From Glycera tridactyla (Eukaryota): a DNA stretch of 64,000 nucleotides. Location: assembly GCA_965644265.1 (NCBI GenBank), contig OZ286473.1, positions 52,266,001-52,330,000 of the forward strand, given 5' to 3'. Made by a program: the position numbers and the translations under genes. Positions 24,139 to 37,997 of this stretch are shown in pieces. Position 1 is the stretch's first letter, and each line of letters starts with the position of its first letter. Under the pieces are notes generated by a model. The model saw only the letters and a program-made list of their open reading frames with translations, did no database searches and was not told where the DNA came from.

Positions 24139-24904
24139 GGATACCCCTATAGTGGGTTCTCGATTATCCACTTTTTGTAGATGAAATTTGTTTGTTGTCT
24201 CCGTTCAATCTTTCATACAATTTCACCTTTCATCAGATATCCAGAAGGACACAAACCTATGTCCAGTGTATGGATGTCTCAATACAACCCAAATGGTCTT
24301 CACAAAGATGTTACACAACCAAGCAACCAACCTAACTGGTCGAAAATGATTACATTGACAGTCCAGTGCCGTCGAGAGGAGAGTAAATGGTGATGGGCAT
24401 TTGCAAGTGTCTATGCGAGTTCAGATGCATTCGAATAATTCCTGCCAGTTATTCAAAACGTAGGGCGACAAATGTCCCTTAAGTTGGTATCATAAATAGA
24501 ATGATGCATATCCCCGCCCCATGCCGATTGCATGAGAATATCAGTCTGAACATGGTAGTGAAGCGGTCTACGATTATGAACATGAAGGGTAGAACATTCA
24601 GACTGATTCCTAATAAATTCTCACGGATGTCCGGGCGAGGAGTATCATATGCACACGAATGCGTTATTGATCCCCTGTTTTTCTCTCTGGTCGGCGCTGG
24701 TTGCGCTGCCGACCACATGGGAAGTATAATATGTAGGAATGTTGATAGCAAGAAAGATATCAGCAACGGGCCGACTGCCGCTCTAGTATAGAAATACTAC
24801 AAGAGAGTATCCCATTCACTTAGTTCACTTATAGGTAAGATGCAGAGACAACGCTGGTGAAATCGATTAGATCGCTTCCACGGGATATCACAGCATGGAT
24901 TCAC

Positions 24905-24987
24905 CTAGTCTGGTACCCGCCGACGACGCTAGGTGGTTTTGAGTAGCGCTGTACACCACCTAGCGTCATCGGCGGGTACCAGGTTAG
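24905..24987. other. Near-perfect fold-back element (28-bp arms, 17-nt loop): mini-MITE or hairpin RNA
   Basis: ctggtacccgccgacgacgctaggtggt (24910-24937) pairs with accacctagcgtcatcggcgggtaccag (24955-24982) with one mismatch. The stem extends 5 bp further with two G-U pairs. Confidence 0.85.
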
Positions 24988-25327
24988 TATTCTGGGTCCT
25001 TGGACGTCGCCATCTTAAAAATCAGCTACCGTGACGACGATGTGACGTCACAGACTTGTGCGAGAATAATTTTGCTCATAAAAGCCTTCAGGAAGACTTC
25101 ATGGAATTTTCTTCCATGGAAATGAAAAAGGATTCCTCATTTCAAGCTAATAAAGTAAATACAATATATATTGACAATAGCGAACACACGATACACACAT
25201 AAAACAGAATACATGTAACACTTGTTAATTCTGCCCACTGTGTGTACTTTTAATTTACCAAGTAAAATATTCCCGATCCTAGCCTCAATAGGGCGATTCC
25301 ACGTGAGGAGTATGACCATCACAATAT

Positions 25328-25426
25328 TGGTGGCTTTATAGATAGGTCGTTTACTGTTGAAAACATTATCCGGTCGCGTCTCAAGGTGGCCTTTTAGAGG
25401 TGGTTACTCGTACAGCTTTGACTGTA
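25328..25426. mobile_element. TACAGT-type MITE, one half only
   Basis: actgttgaaa...ggtcgcgtctc...ggtggcc...tttgactgta matches one arm of the family. Confidence 0.55.
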
Positions 25427-26196
25427 TTTGGATCTTTAAATGAGAAAAAAATCGATACTATAAAAGATGAATCGGGACCCGGTGATGTCAACTATACTGA
25501 CAGGGAGTGTGCGCAATTCTCATTGCAAGCACCAGTCTTTCGAGAGGAGTAGGACTTGTTTCCAGTGTTAGAATTCCTTCCACGCTAGTGGAAAGGACTT
25601 CCTTGTTCCATAGGACAAAGCCCCCAATTTCTGATACCCCACTGCTGGCAGCCGGCGGAATTGTCTTTTATCACATCCTATGACCACTTCTCCGGCCCTT
25701 GCGGGCCTGTCTCTCGCTATAAGAAATCGTGAGCAGGATCACCGAGTCCACGCAGTATCCTCGAGTCCACGCAGTATCCTCGAGTCCATGTGCAGTATCC
25801 TTGAGTCCGCATTGTCTCGCTAGTTCTCCACATCGCCGCTGGTGGCGTTGCGCTCACTCGCCCGATGCAAATCAGTTCCACACATTCACCTTGTTTTTAG
25901 GTTTTTTCCCCAAATGCGGATCAAAATGCCCAAATGAGATATGAAAAATACCGAAATACCAACTCCTTATAAGATGACTTATTTAATGATCGTTGATGCG
26001 ACGAATTACCAAGGAAATACCATCTTTATGAAAGAAGGCATCAAAGTATATAACCCAAGATAGAAACCAATGTTTCAGGTGTGAGCTTTACACATCCAAA
26101 CTCCTGATTCTGGTCACTTTAGCTCTATTTTCTTCTTCAAAAGACACACTATTGTCTTTAAAGAGTATTCCTATCGACAAATAGCATGTGATAAAG

Positions 26197-26345
26197 ACAG
26201 TCACACACTCGTAGGAGAGACAGGTCACATGTCTCCTTCTCGTTCGTTCCTCTGCATCTACCTCGCCGATGCGCGGCTTGGTAGATACGGCGGCCCAAAC
26301 TTGAAGGAGACCGTGACCTGTCTCTCCTACTCGTGTGCGACTGTA
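26197..26345. mobile_element. ~150-bp fold-back MITE with ~42-bp TIRs, copy 1
   Basis: acagtcacacactcgtaggagagacaggtcacatgtctccttc ... gaaggagaccgtgacctgtctctcctactcgtgtgcgactgt, with an internal hairpin atctacc...ggtagat. Confidence 0.8.
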
Positions 26346-26848
26346 TCTTTGTCAAATGCTATGACCACGTCTCCGCCACTTGTGGGCCTGTCTCTCGCTA
26401 TGAGAGATCGTGAGCAATATCCTCGAATGCGCACAGTATCTCGTACTACGTGCAGTTTCATCGAGTTCGCTAGCCTCGCTAGTTCTCTACATCGCCGCTG
26501 GTGGTGCTGCACTTACTCGCCGGATGCAAATCGGTTCTCACATTGACCTTGTTTTTTCAGGTTTATTTTCACCAAAGGCGGAATAAAATGCACAAATGAG
26601 AGGTGAAAAATACTAAAATACCATCTTCTTTTAAGATCACTCATTCAATGATCGTTGATGAGACGAACAACCATGGAGATATCATCTTTGTCAAAAAAGG
26701 CATTCAGGTATAGATAACCCAAGACAGAAACCAGTGTTCCAGATGCTAGTACACATTCAAACTGCTCATTCTGGTCACGTTAGGTTATATTTTCTTCTTC
26801 AAAAGACATAATTTCGTATTTCTGTCCAGAAATAGCATGTGATAAATC

Positions 26849-26995
26849 CAGTCGCTCACTCGTAGGAGAGACAGCCCAACGTCTCCTTCTCGTTCGTTCC
26901 TCTGCATCTACCTCGCCGCTGCGCGGCTCGGCAGATACGGCGGCCCAAACTCGAAGGAGACCGTGACCTGTCTCTCCTACTCGTGTGCGACTGTA
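26849..26995. mobile_element. ~150-bp fold-back MITE, copy 2
   Basis: Right arm identical to copy 1; left arm more decayed. Confidence 0.8.
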
Positions 26996-28339
26996 TATAT
27001 CAATGTGGTGACGTGAAGAAAGTTATGGAAGAGAAAGAGCAGAGTCTTTTTAACTCTTCACCACCTATCACTATCACTATCACTATCTATTCATACAGTC
27101 AAGGCAGGTGACCAAATCATGAGATGGCACTCATGTTGATTGTCCATTGCTCGTACAAATAGTGGCTGACATCGCATTTTCACTCGGAATAGTACTAGAG
27201 AAGAAGAAGGGATTATAACATGGGATTCGATGCTGCCATTGGCACTCTTTGCCTTCGTTTACTACCTTTATTGTGCCGTGAATAGCCATGCATACATGCC
27301 TGTTTGTTGCAAGCAAAGGCTTGGTCAGTGCAGGATTCACTGTGCATTCATCAAACTATCTTCCATCATATATCAACAATTTACCAATATCATAGCCGTT
27401 ATGAAATGTCTAACTAAAATAGGTTTTAGAATCACGTGATCACTATGATACGAGAAAACAGTCACCAAGTGTCTGATATCATATATTTCTGTCAAAGACC
27501 AGATTTTCAAGACTGCCAATTAGTGGTGCTGATATGAAATAACCAGCTGTACATTTTTGGGGGTGAAATTGTTGGATGGATCACGGTGGACAGTAAAATA
27601 TATTGTGCGAGGGGCTGGGAATGTCATCATTACTGATGGAGGAGTGTCGCTGGATTGCAAGCCAATAAATGATTGATTTTCCAGCCCAGACATTCAAGAG
27701 TAGGGCAACACAGATCACCTGGATAGGAGAGGGAGATGGAAAATAAGAGTGGCAAGCAGGCACCTCTGTGAGGTGAATTGCTTTGAATTCGTTTAATCTC
27801 TGATTCTACAGATTATGGATTATCGTAGTAGTGCATTGAATATACATGCAGGCAATAAAACAGGAAGATTGCAACACAGAGTTTACTTGATATTATCAGG
27901 AGTTGATCACAGGACTTGACAGTGCTATGGGACTGATATGACCTGACAGGCAGAGGGTTGCGCTTGGCCAGGATTAGACCTGTCACCCAGGAATAGCTAA
28001 CAGCAGCACTGGGAGGATCAGGACCTTCAGGCTTTGACAGTGGTACTGGACAGAGATCAGTCAAAACAGTCAACCAAACCAAACCAAACCTCGATCAGTC
28101 GGATATGACATATGAATAATCTGGTGTGCGAGACCGCAATTGGTCTGGCCTCTGCCTCATCTTGAGTATTATGTCCTCTTCTGTCTGAACAGTCATTTTG
28201 CAGATCTTTGAACGCAAACCGAATTATAGTGATAGCTCAGATTACTTGTAGGTTGTGCGAGTACATATCAAATATAGTCGACCTGATAATGATACAGTCA
28301 AACTGATAATGCCCATATGGACATTCGAATGAGAGCGGT

Positions 28340-28691
28340 CCAGTGAAAGACAGATGTACAGACAGACGTACAGACAGACAGCTATACAGACAGAAAGACA
28401 CATGGACAGACGGACGAATGGATGGACAGACAGACGAAAGGACGGACGGACATACGGACGGACATACGGACGGACATATGGACAGACGAAGATATGGACA
28501 TACGGACGGACATACGGACGGACGTTGACTAACGGACGCCGACGAACGGACGGACGGACGGACGGGATGAAATGATGACGGACGGGGTGAATTGATGACG
28601 GACTGGGTGAATTGATGACTGACGGACTGAATGAATAAATTGATTCCGGTGGTGTCAACGACGAGAGTGCCACCGATGACAATAACCAGGT

Positions 28692-28725
<34 letters not shown>

Positions 28726-28740
28726 TGGTGATGACTAGTT
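28340..28740. repeat. (GACA/GACG)n microsatellite region
   Basis: Direct reading. Confidence 0.85.
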
Positions 28741-28899
28741 GATGCATTTGCGTGCATGTGTTAGTGTGGGTCCCATTTGTTCGCAGATAAAGATAACAGT
28801 GGCTGTGGCTCGAGAGCGCATCTCCGACAGTGATAGCATCCGCTGCTCACACCTTTAATGATCGAATGACAATGCCACACATCTATTTTATGCACGCAC

Positions 28900-29260
28900 G
28901 CACGCCGAGGTTCGTGAGCATTGGATGCATCTCGGCCATTCGCACGCACATGAGGGGTGGGGGAGGGGGTGAGCAGCATGCGCACCGAATGGGCGCACTC
29001 TCAATTATTTATCGCTGGGGACCGCTCCCGTGTACCGTTCACATAGACGAAAGCCAGGATAGGCGAGTGCCAGGCCTGTACGGCACACAGCGCGAATGTG
29101 CGTGCTTCCATGTGCGTGCGTGTGTGTTGTGTGCGTGAGAACGACGGGAAAAGCCTGGTGGCTGAGAGAGAAGAGAGAGAGAGCGCGTAGTCGCGCGCGC
29201 GTGTACAGCTAGGACTGTACGACAGGCCGGTGGCTGCCGTACCACAACGCACCGCTCATG
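28900..29260. promoter_or_regulatory. CpG-rich island-like segment
   Basis: Locally high CpG/GC content (gcgcgtagtcgcgcgcgcg etc.). Function is not shown by the sequence. Confidence 0.25.
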
Positions 29261-30284
29261 CTTTCTCCCGTTAGTTGTACACTTTCCGCCTCTGCCAACC
29301 TTCCCTGGTCCTGAAACTGACGGCTTCCAATACACCCAACCTGAGATCTCATCTTGGAATTGGCATATACCTCCGTGTCGTCTGTCCCGCTTTGGATCGT
29401 TACCATAACCGGCCGTTATCTACCTCAACCCCCGCCCCATATGCTCCGGCCAGCACTTGGCTGCTGCAAGGTGCATACCTATATCGTGGTATATTCTATA
29501 TCGACATGCTTATCTCTCGCTTCTTTGGATGTCTACGAGCTTGGAGTAAATTCAGTTGAAGGCCATTAATTTTCTCACTCTCGGATGGTGTATCCAGGCC
29601 TAATATTTGCATTCTTTTGCTTGTGTTTGGATGTGTTCACCTCGAGCCCCATGCTCTATGTGCTAACCAAGCGCCTACCGGATTTTACCTTTCCACCCTG
29701 CAGCCCGATGCGCCAATCGCCGATGACTTCCTGAGAGGTAAGATAGTGGAATCCCCTTTCCAGGCAACCAGACAAATGACGTCATATTCCAACGTTGATC
29801 GGACGTCATTATCATATCGTTTTGTCCTGGTTAAACGCTATCTGACGTAAGGAAAAAACGTATCATTTGCTAGACCCAATGTGCATGCCACAATTTTGTC
29901 TGTCGTCTATGGTAGTGATATGTATCATCAGTTTGCATTCCCAGCAGCCTGTAGATACATGAAAGGAATGCTTCTCTCCTTTGGCAGGCCTGCTTGAATG
30001 ATCATTCTGGTTATCTCTTTGTTTGGACACTGACCTAGATGGCAGGCTTGGCACCACCATGTGGGTCATGCATTCTTCTAACCAAACACAAGACATCACT
30101 AGAACGTCGGTACACGCACACACACACACACTGGACGTCGCATAGACGTCCTATGTTTGACGAGTGCTGATGATATGTAGGTGGTGTCGAGTTCTGTCAC
30201 ATGTAGTATCGGAGTGGAGAGAGGGTGATAATGGAAGTAGATATGGACTGTCGAGTGCTTCGTGGAGGGCCCTGTGATGTTAAT

Positions 30285-30450
30285 CTGTGTGTGTGTGTGT
30301 CTGTGTGTGTGTGTGTGTATGTGTGTGTGTGCGCTTATGTATGTGTGTGCCTATGGTTATGTATGTGTGTGTTTGTTGTATGTGTGGGTTTATACGTGCA
30401 CGATCGTATGCTTGTGTGTGTGCGTGACTCTGTGTTTGTGAGAGCGTGCT

Positions 30451-30489
<39 letters not shown>

Positions 30490-30534
30490 CTGTGTTAGTG
30501 TGCGCGCGTGTGTGTGATACTGTGTGTGCGCGTG

Positions 30535-30581
<47 letters not shown>

Positions 30582-30608
30582 GTGCGTGTGTGTGTGTGAT
30601 TGTGTGTG
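30285..30608. repeat. (GT)n microsatellite
   Basis: Direct reading. Confidence 0.9.
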
Positions 30609-31214
30609 AAGGCGCGTCCTTATATGCTTGCTGTTGAGTCATGCTTGGCCATGTAGCACTCGCTCTCCCTCCCTAACCCTCTCTTTTTCTATCTTTCACT
30701 CTTCGTGACTCATTTTCTGGTTTGTTGCCATTTTCTGTCCAGATTTCACAGACCAGGAACATTCGTCGTCTGTCCGTCGGTCCGTCGGTCATCCATCCAT
30801 CCGTCCATCAATTTGTCTGTCTGTCTGTGTCTGACAGTCTGCCTGTCTGCCTATCTGTGCGCCTGTCTGTCTTTTCTAGCATCTGCAGAGTAGCGAGTCA
30901 TGATAGACCACAATGGACTATTCTCCTAGGGTGCTTTGATATGTAGGTGACCTTTGTGTATAGTGAAACCTGCAGGTGGCCTTTGTAGAAAAAGATGTTC
31001 ACTGTAGATCATAACCTCTCGGTCACCACTCAAGATGGCTTCCATAGGCAGGTGATCTTTATATCGAGATGGTCTATCGAGTAGGTTGGTCTGCCGAACC
31101 TGATTGCTTCTAGTATTTGTTATACAGTAATTGTCTCATTCCTGTTCTCAATTCCTGACAATCCAATTGGGGGGGGGGGGGGGTAGCTGACCACCCCTTT
31201 CGCTCTTGATCCCG

Positions 31215-31710
31215 TTGTCACAATACAAAAGCGGATAGCAGGTACACCAGTTCTGGGTTACTAGGGCTGCAACTTGGTTTACTAGGTTGTGTGATGGCAT
31301 TGTACTCCGAGCATAGTGCACCCTAATTATAGAGCTGGTTTGAAATTGACAGTTTGTGATTGAGCACATTCGTCGAGTATTCTCCAAATGCTTTTCCTTG
31401 GTTTAAATGCTGCACTTTCCTCAATACGAAAACATTGCTATCAGGCTCAAGTGTCACCTTCCAGACAGTTACATACAAGTAGATATATTTGCCATCATTA
31501 GATCTGATTTGTTCTTGTTGAGTAGGTAGCGGTGTGTCAGAACTGTCAGTCACTTCCACTTGACAACCTTTCAGGTTCCTCATAATCTTGTGTTCAGGGT
31601 TTGTGTGAGTGTTGCCTGCTGGAGACAGAACATCTAGGTTTCATTGACCAGGAACACACAGCATACATAATCCTTTGGATTAATACATGCCATTGAACAT
31701 CAACCAATCA
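31215..31710 (+). mobile_element. Family A retroposon, copy 9 (near full length)
   Basis: Starts ttgtcacaatacaaaagcgg, the same 5' start as copy 7 (ttgtcactatgcaaaaaacgg). Colinear to tacatgccattgaacatcaaccaatc. Confidence 0.85.
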
Positions 31711-32682
31711 AAAATCAGTCCTGTAAATTTCAAACAATCGTTCGTCCTTCCATCCACCCGTCTGTCTGTCCGTCTGTCCGCCCATCTGTCTGTCCATCCG
31801 TCCACCCGCCTGTCATCAATCAATCAGTCTGTCAGTGTGTCTGTCAGTGTGTCTGTCAGTCAGTCAGNNNNNNNNNNNNNNNNNNNNNNNNNNNNNNNNN
31901 NNNNNNNNNNNNNNNNNNNNNNNNNNNNNNNNNNNNNNNNNNNNNNNNNNNNNNNNNNNNNNNNNNNNNNNNNNNNNNNNNNNNNNNNNNNNNNNNNNNN
32001 NNNNNNNNNNNNNNNNNNNCATCCTTCTTTCTTGCTCCCTTTCAATCTCTTGGTCTCACTTTGGCTTTCGTATCTCTCAATGACCACTTTTGGTCTGGAG
32101 TCTGTATCTTACTGCAACTATCTGTCAATCTGTCTCTCTGTCTGGCTGTCCGTCTGTCAAAATCTGATTTTGCCAATTATAACATGTGTCTGTCATTGCT
32201 CGAGTGCTTGAGAACTGACGCTCCAGCAGCGAGGCGGCGTTTTTTTTTATCGGAAAGCAAAGCATATCAGTTGAAACAGGAAACTACATTAGGCCGAGAG
32301 AATACTTGATATGCATGTGATCTGTGTGGAGAGTGAGATCGGGTCAGCACGAGTGGCCAGGACATCCTGGCGGAAAGTAGACGAATCAATTACTGGCCCT
32401 AGCCTATGGCAGGCCGATCGCTCAATTATTCCGATATCGGCATAATCATGGATATTCTGCATGTACCACAGATACTGAGTGATTCAATATGATATGAATC
32501 GATAGAATATAATGAGCAATATCTAATGTTTCTCCTTGAATATAGAATTGTAGTATGTGTTATGGGCTAATATCACCACGGGATCGATGGGTATTTCTAT
32601 TAAAATTATAGTCATCTCCATGTTGTTGCGTCCAATGCATCTCATTTTAGCTCCGCACCGTCTACAATATATCTACGGCATT

Positions 32683-33186
32683 CACCAGGCACACTAGAAT
32701 TTGGTTTTTAAGGCCGCGAGTAGGCTCATTAGGCAATGTGATGGCATTGTATGGCAAGAATAGGAAACCCATCACTACAAGGCGTTTCAAAGTTGACAGT
32801 TAAACAAAAAGGTGAAGTAAATCCGAACCCTATTGCCTTTCCTTGTTTCCTGTGCTTTGTTCAAAACATCACTATCAGCTACCAGACTTTTCCCTCTTTA
32901 GGAATGTCATTCAAAGGTGAATCGGTGTATTCGATGTCGGTAAAGGTGTGTCCGAATTGTGAGACCAGCACCATCTGTCAACCATTGTAGATACCATCAT
33001 CTTTTTGTTCAGGGATTGTGAGAGTGATGTATTCAGTGGACAAACCATCTAGCTCCCGTAGGCCCGGAACATGTGGTATAGATAATCGTTTGAATTAATG
33101 CATACCATCGACGTTCAATCAATCAATCATTCAATCAATCTATCGATTGATCAATCAATCAATCGATCAATCAATCAATCAATCAA
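32683..33186 (+). mobile_element. Family A retroposon, copy 10 (strongly diverged, long (CAAT)n tail)
   Basis: Colinear anchors caccaggcacac, gtgatggcattgta, aagttgacag, ggtgtgtccgaattgt, ccatcatcttt and gtgagagtgatg, then (CAAT)n at 33116-33186. Confidence 0.7.
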
Positions 33187-34069
33187 TTGTCCCTTATGAG
33201 ATGCCGTGGAAATTCCTTCTCGTGGGATATTGCGATATCAGTCAATGCCTTCACAGTAATGCTTCAATGCAAATTTCTCGAAGGGTACTTCCATATGATA
33301 TAGGAGTATGATATATTACATCGGATATATCCTAACGGGGAAGAATTACCCCATACAACCTGGTTCCCAAAGCTTGTCGCTGAAGAAGAAGAATGCCTCC
33401 TGATGCATGTAGTAACCAGTTGATGCAACTTGTTAGGAGAGATGGCGGCCGAATATAACCTGGAATCCCAGGTGCCGGATTCAGGCGAATGCTTTGGGCA
33501 CCTGGATTTCTGGAGAATCCCAACTGCGAAGCTGTCCTAATGGGGATATCACATGTTCACAAGTATAGGACGAGTGCATTGAACACCAAATGAACCCCTG
33601 GTCCACCACGATACCGAAATGTTTATATCTGCATGAAGTGTAAGGGACCGCACTTCTCCCCTCTTACAGGTATCAATTAACAGTATCGATCGTAATGAGA
33701 TTTCATACGGTGGCAATACATGAGTAATGCTCAAATACATGTACACAGGTACATTTCAGTCTGGGATATGATATTCCCAGGACATCTACGGTATATGTGT
33801 GTTCAACATTTATATCAGCGACCAACTTAGTGGCAGTTGACTGAAAATGGGACTGTTGGAAAATACCTGCAACCTAGCATGATATAGAGAAATCAACTTC
33901 GTTGATACAACCTCTCTGTTCGCACTGTGGCATCATAATCCGTTGCCATACCGATGTCCTTATGGCATGTCATGCAGTGTGCATCGTATAACTGCATTTC
34001 CTCTCCTGTGGACAATTCAACAACATCAACAAATGTAATATCGTCACTCTCGACTGTGTACTCATTATA

Positions 34070-34418
34070 GTCGAGTATTCTCCGAATTTAATGTTTTTTC
34101 TTGTTTTCAAGTGCTGCGCTTTGCTAAAAAAGAAAGTATTGCTATCAGGCTTGGGTGTCAGCCTCCAGCCAGTTAGTCAGATATGTCATCACTAGATTCA
34201 GGTTTTTCGTGTTGAGTAGGTAGAGATGTGTCTGAACTGTCAGCTACTTCCACTTGACAACCTTTCAGGTTCCCCATCATCTTGTGTTCAGGGTCCGTGA
34301 GAGAGATATCTACAGGGGAAAGAACATTCAACTTTCATCAACACGGAACAGGAACACACGGCATACCCAATCTTTTGGGTTGATACATACCCGTTAAACA
34401 TCTCACAATCAATCAATC
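34070..34418 (+). mobile_element. Family A retroposon, copy 11 (5'-truncated)
   Basis: gtcgagtattctccgaat through the core to gttaaacatctcacaatcaatcaatc. Confidence 0.85.
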
Positions 34419-35435
34419 TGACTGACCTTATGCAAGCTTTAGTGAGCACACAGCTCAGGGTTACAAACGTGGATGGTATCATATCGATCCATGCTGGCCA
34501 ACAGCAGTAAATGAGTCTGAGATGCTAAGCGGATGTTCTGGTATATGGTATTGACCGGATCTCCAGGGATACCGGAATCATTGAGCAATTGTCTTGTCTT
34601 GTACTGGCTGGCTACTTTACGTAGACAGTGGAGTGAATACAGGCGGGCATATCAGCATACGCATCATCCTATGTGGCCATTTGTATGTATACCGCTACGA
34701 CTGGCATCATGAAATGTACTCCTCTCGAGCAAGACGCTTACGGGTGTTGGTGGGGGATGTTTCACGGGGATTCTCCCACCTCAACCCACCATAATGACCT
34801 TGTATCTACTTCTAATGTCAACATATAACAAAATGACTGTAGTGAGATATCAAACAGATATCAAACGGCAACCACATCTTTCATCAGTATTGAATATTCA
34901 CCTGATATTATAAATGATATGAAATGTTGTCTCATATCACCGGACCCATTCGCACTGGCCGTAGATCAAGGAAATGAAGTGTACGATGGAAGATTTGTAC
35001 ATCATTGGACACATATGATGATCAGAATGACTTATCAAGTATTGAATGTATCATATTGATAGCAGGATCAGAACTCGGAATCATATTCCACATCCAGCAT
35101 TTAAGGTAGTGATACAAACAGGAAGTGGGAGTCATCTCACTGCGAGTGCCATCTTGTGCCAACACAGTGAAATACATTGGAGCTAAATCCTGTTGTCCTC
35201 TATAGTGACATCGTCTTTTGCAGTTAGATAGCTAAGGACATGACAGTACCTGCCAGTAGCCTGGATTGCGCATACGTGGAGCCTACGATTGTTTGGTGGG
35301 GCTAGTAGCCCAGCCTAGCATGGCGCTGTCGATGGAGGTGAAGGCATTAATCTAACCCGAGAGTTAACAGTCACATCACACCGATGGCTCGCATCTATAA
35401 AACATCATCTCTAGCAACGCATCTGCATACCGACG

Positions 35436-35730
35436 CACGCACGCGCACGCACGCACGCGCGTGTGGACTATCACGCTGACGCACATACATATGCACAAAT
35501 GCATTCACATGAAGACTCAGAGCAAGACACACATGCACACACACTAATACATGCATGCATACACGCACACGCACACAGACATACGTACATGTACACACCT
35601 ACAGACGTACAGAAATATGCTGACAAAACGTACACATACGTGTATACACCAGCAGACAGACAGACACACTGACAGACACACAGACACACAAGAAGACAGG
35701 CTGACAGACAGACAGACAGACAGACACGCA
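35436..35730. repeat. (CA)n/(GACA)n microsatellite
   Basis: Direct reading. Confidence 0.9.
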
Positions 35731-35997
35731 CGCAAGCACAAGCAGAATGCAGCGTTGTCCCACGCACAGCATCACTAATAGAAGAGCTCCGTTCCTGGTG
35801 GCGCCCACCTACACACGCTCTGGTGATAAATATGTGGCATTTTGATGGCCTCTACTCAGTCATCCACTCTATGTGTGTAGCCATCTACCTGAATGTGCAC
35901 ACCTCTGCTTTACAACCTCCTCATTTCACTGTCAACACCGCTGCCGCCCATCTGTCGGCCCTTCTCTATATCTGACTCCTCATCCAACAAAAGCTAG

Positions 35998-36180
35998 TAC
36001 AGTCGAACCTGTCCTAAGCAGCCACCCATAGGGAGGGCAAAGATGACTGCTCAGGACAGGTGGCTGCTCAGTACAAGTGAATTGTACTGGAATGAAACTG
36101 CCGGTGGGAAATTCAGACGTGAATGCTCAGGGCAGGTGGCTGCTTAGTGTGGCTAATCAGGACAAGTTAGGCTGTCTGTA
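35998..36180. mobile_element. TACAGT-type MITE (related subfamily)
   Basis: tacagtcgaacctgtcctaagcagccacc ... ggtggctgctta ... tgtctgta. Confidence 0.7.
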
Positions 36181-37950
36181 TGCAGTTGACAGTCCATTAC
36201 CGACGATTTCGCCCCATGACGACTGGGAGGGCCTAAGCCATTGCAGTCATCTTGAGTGAATTGCTAGAGACTAGTTCTTGTGCATAATCCCCATTCTCAT
36301 TCTCGCATTCTTTTAAAAATAGCAGGACATAGGTATGACGACATAATGTATTGGACACCATCTGGCATCTGAAATAGCCAGAATTCTATGAAAAATGGGC
36401 AAGTAGATATAAATTGGCGCTCAGACCTTTCTGATCGTCACAATGTTGGAAATTTTGCAGTCTCGGAAGGGCATATGTGAATTAAGAATTTTTATGGATT
36501 GGCACCGTTGTTTAGATAGGATGAATCCATGTGCTCACCTGGTGATTGCACTGAATGGTGAGGGTTATCAACTCAGTGTCAACCCAGAAGGTGATGCATT
36601 CCTTTGCCGTCGGGTATATTGTGTTTGGTGTGAAGCATATGGTTTGGAATTGATGTCAGGCACCATCTTACTACATGGTTACTGCTGTCACCAACATCAA
36701 CACGTTGATTTTGTCGAATATGCCTAGGAATTTGGTTTTCAGATCATCGAAATTGGGCTACGATTAGCGGAGATATTGTAGAGAATATGCAGATACTTCA
36801 AAATGCGTGTATTGTGTCATAGTTTCCTTCCGTTGACAGAAGTTGGGATATGCATGGTTTGAAAAATACCTCCATTGAAATTGACTTCACACAAGTTTCA
36901 GTGTTTTCTGTTGTAGGCTAGTCACATGCCTTATTTTGTAAATGCTNNNNNNNNNNNNNNNNNNNNNNNNNNNNNNNNNNNNNNNNNNNNNNNNNNNNNN
37001 NNNNNNNNNNNNNNNNNNNNNNNNNNNNNNNNNNNNNNNNNNNNNNNNNNNNNNNNNNNNNNNNNNNNNNNNNNNNNNNNNNNNNNNNNNNNNNNNNNNN
37101 NNNNNNNNNNNNNNNNNNNNNNNNNNNNNNNNNNNNNNNNNNNNNNNNNNNNNNNNNNNNNNNNNNNNNNNNNNNNNNNNNNNNNNNNNNNNNNNNNNNN
37201 NNNNNNNNNNNNNNNNNNNNNNNNNNNNNNNNNNNNNNNNNNNNNNNNNNNNNNNNNNNNNNNNNNNNNNNNNNNNNNNNNNNNNNNNNNNNNNNNNNNN
37301 NNNNGTTTGTGTATGTATGTTTGTGATTGTGTGTGTGTTTGTGATTGTGTGTTTGTTTTCGTGTGTATGTTTGTGATTGTGTGTTTGTTTGTGTGTGTGT
37401 GTATGTTTGTGATTGTGTGTTTGTCTGTGTGTGTGTGCGCGTGTGTATGTGTGTAGTATCATGGCCTTCTCTGTTTAACAGTTGGTCCTGATTGATGACA
37501 GGGGATAGAGATGACCTTCGAAATGCATTATTCAATCTCCAGGTATCTCTGTCCGAAATTGTACCATCTGGGGGCTTCTCGTATTCTCATCTGTTACATT
37601 AATAGTATCCAGTCGTGACAGTTGGCGGTCATGTGGATATCGTTCAGGAAAATCTCTAGCCACGCAGAACCACAGCGATGGGCCTACATCCTGTACTACC
37701 GTTGGAGGGGGGCACACCAACTGATCCAAATAGTCAGCGGTCACCGCGGATCTTATACATCTGCCATCGACCTTTCCCTACTCTATAAATGAATAGGATG
37801 AATGAATGAATGAATGAATGAATGAATGAATGCGATATTTGTCTTTGTTTCATGCTTATGTCATCCAAGAAAATGATGTCTCGGGCCTCCCGGGTGATAA
37901 CGCAGAAAATCATCATCGATACCTCAATTGGGATCGTTTGATTGATCGAT

Positions 37951-37997
<47 letters not shown>

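Larger units (their letters stand above)
25678..26997. repeat. Diverged tandem duplication (~680 bp + ~640 bp), each unit ending in the same fold-back MITE
   Basis: Units start ctatgaccac at 25678 and 26359 and share colinear blocks (catcgccgctggtgg, aatgatcgttgatg, aacccaaga, ttctggtcac, aatagcatgtgataaa). Confidence 0.85.

Noticed and set aside
20084-24630. Peptide DIRENLL found both at 20084 (+) and ~24620 (-)
   Set aside because: A 7-aa match is expected by chance among ~128,000 six-frame positions, and the flanks do not align.
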